DNA from: a virus | Strand: one strand, 5' to 3' | Length of the DNA stretch: 35,076 nt | IMG/VR virus record: IMGVR_UViG_3300045988_128571 | Span: 1 to 35,076 of that record | Part shown: positions 34,378-35,076 of the stretch, piece by piece | How the letters are laid out: every line of letters begins with the position of its first letter | Numbering within the stretch: position 1 is the first letter of the stretch | The notes under the pieces: model-generated | Database searches by the model: none | What the model was told of the DNA's origin: nothing | Seen by the model: only the letters and a program-made list of their open reading frames with translations | Translations under genes and position numbers: made by a program

Positions 34378-34908
34378 TCATAATGTCTCATGTTTCATTT
34401 TTCGCGAAATTTCTTTTATCGCTTCATCTTTCAATCGATAACAATGACTTCTCACATAATGATGTTCTAACGCAATTTTCTCCCACAAAACATTCATAAA
34501 ATACCTGTCAATCATAATGGACTTCTGCTCCGGGTCAGATAACAAAGCAAGCAGCCTAAATCCCTTTGTAATCATGTCACCGTATCTGTTGAGCTCTTTT
34601 ATCCGCAGTTCTTCTGCCTGCGCCATTTTTTGTTCAAAAGCGATAACGATATCCGATAAATCAGAAGACGTTCCGCCGTCGACAGGCTCCTTGTCATACC
34701 TGCAGCCTTTAAGAGAAAATAAATCCATCTCGTACTGCTGGCGGTATTGATTCAGAGAGTCAATGTGCTTTCTGCAGCGCCGAATCTCTTCAAAAAATCT
34801 CTCTACTTCGCCACGTCCGCGCTTAGATTCACGATTTAAATTTGTTTTTGTCTTTTCATAAGTCGGATCCGGATTATGAAAAATGCCCGGTTTCATTCCG
34901 TTATTCAT
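34378..34908 (-). CDS. Putative late-gene transcriptional activator (RinA/ArpU/DUF1492-like position, sigma region-4-like C-terminus)
   Basis: 176 aa from the ATG at 34908, which overlaps the junction ORF stop. C-terminal IMIDRYFMNVLWEKIALEHHYVRSHCYRLKDEAIKEI. Located immediately upstream of terS. Confidence 0.5.
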   Translation of the reverse strand: MNNGMKPGIFHNPDPTYEKTKTNLNRESKRGRGEVERFFEEIRRCRKHIDSLNQYRQQYEMDLFSLKGCRYDKEPVDGGTSSDLSDIVIAFEQKMAQAEELRIKELNRYGDMITKGFRLLALLSDPEQKSIMIDRYFMNVLWEKIALEHHYVRSHCYRLKDEAIKEISRKMKHETL

Positions 34909-35076
34909 AATCTCGCACCATCCCCGCCATTGCAATCCTTATACTTTCGTGAAATTTTTCCGGCAAGCTCTATCTTCCAGTAAACTTGCATTTCACTAAT
35001 CTGTTCGTTAGTAGTTGTTAACAAATCTAATTTATTAACCTTACGTTTTAACAGTGACCTTGCAACCCTTATAGGC
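34905..35076 (-). CDS. C-terminal part of the junction-spanning ORF (bases 35022-35076 duplicate 1-55)
   Basis: In-frame continuation ...LLTTTNEQISEMQVYWKIELAGKISRKYKDCNGGDGARL*. The stop TGA (34905-34907) overlaps the next ATG. Confidence 0.4.
   Translation of the reverse strand, partial: PIRVARSLLKRKVNKLDLLTTTNEQISEMQVYWKIELAGKISRKYKDCNGGDGARL
35022..35076. repeat. Terminal direct repeat, copy 2
   Basis: Identical to 1-55. Confidence 0.95.

Larger units (their letters stand above)
1..35076. mobile_element. Complete temperate phage or excised prophage genome. Circular or terminally redundant, with about 35,021 bp unique.
   Basis: Exact 55-bp direct repeat at both window ends. Full set of phage modules: integrase, CI/Cro switch, replication, terminase, portal, capsid, tail, lysis. 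One ORF reads through the junction in frame. Confidence 0.85.

Noticed and set aside
35017-35039. Near-perfect 10-3-10 palindrome GTTAACAAAT-cta-ATTTATTAAC at the contig junction
   Set aside because: It lies inside the junction-spanning ORF and is AT-rich, so chance palindromes are likely. There is no second copy or adjacent promoter to support a regulatory or packaging role. It is worth a look only if termini map here.
1-35076. Search for CRISPR arrays, tRNA/rRNA genes, reverse transcriptase/DGR, and HNH or intron insertions
   Set aside because: I saw no spaced direct repeats, cloverleaf-capable segments, RT motifs (YxDD) or homing-endonuclease motifs. This by-eye scan cannot exclude short or degenerate elements.

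Overview
The window looks like one complete temperate phage or excised prophage genome. Bases 1-55 are repeated exactly at 35022-35076, which implies a circular or terminally redundant molecule with about 35,021 bp of unique sequence. Almost all genes are on the minus strand and tightly coupled by ATGA, TAATG or GTGA stop/start overlaps.

Reading the minus strand from the immunity region:
- a cro-like gene at 9617, then early genes
- a recombination and replication module: SMC-like ATPase, Sak4/AAA_24-like ATPase, DUF669-like protein, SF2 helicase, PriCT/primase-polymerase/RepA-like ATPase, YopX, RusA
- across the circular junction, a putative late activator
- terS, terL, portal, scaffold and capsid
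- tail adaptor/hub-like genes and a fibre
- three large putative ejection proteins of 550, 422 and 1717 aa
- a lysis cassette, then a frameshifted membrane-protein gene that ends at a terminator

The plus strand carries the lysogeny module: an S24 LexA/CI-like repressor, a secreted or lipoprotein moron, a small ORF and a tyrosine integrase. It also carries a small secreted-protein moron embedded antisense in the early operon.

There is no tape measure, tail tube or sheath gene set, and the gene order resembles P22-like podoviruses. The AGGAGG ribosome-binding sites, gene families and an L27/Prp-type N-terminal motif point to a Firmicute-type host. I found no rRNA, tRNA or CRISPR array.

The most unusual items are:
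- a Q/N-rich virion protein with an L27-like Prp-cleavage motif at its N-terminus, an internal Hint (intein-like) domain and a histone-like basic tail
- a 1717-aa polyvalent protein with a tail-lysozyme-type domain and an HELGH motif
- a YneA-like TM+LysM early protein
- an immunity switch with the same 14-bp palindrome on both sides of cro
- a lysis-cassette gene with two long same-strand overlapping frames
- a frameshift-split membrane protein gene next to the putative attP
- a gene that only becomes visible when the contig is circularised

All functional calls come from motif recognition by eye and memory of protein families. No database search was run.
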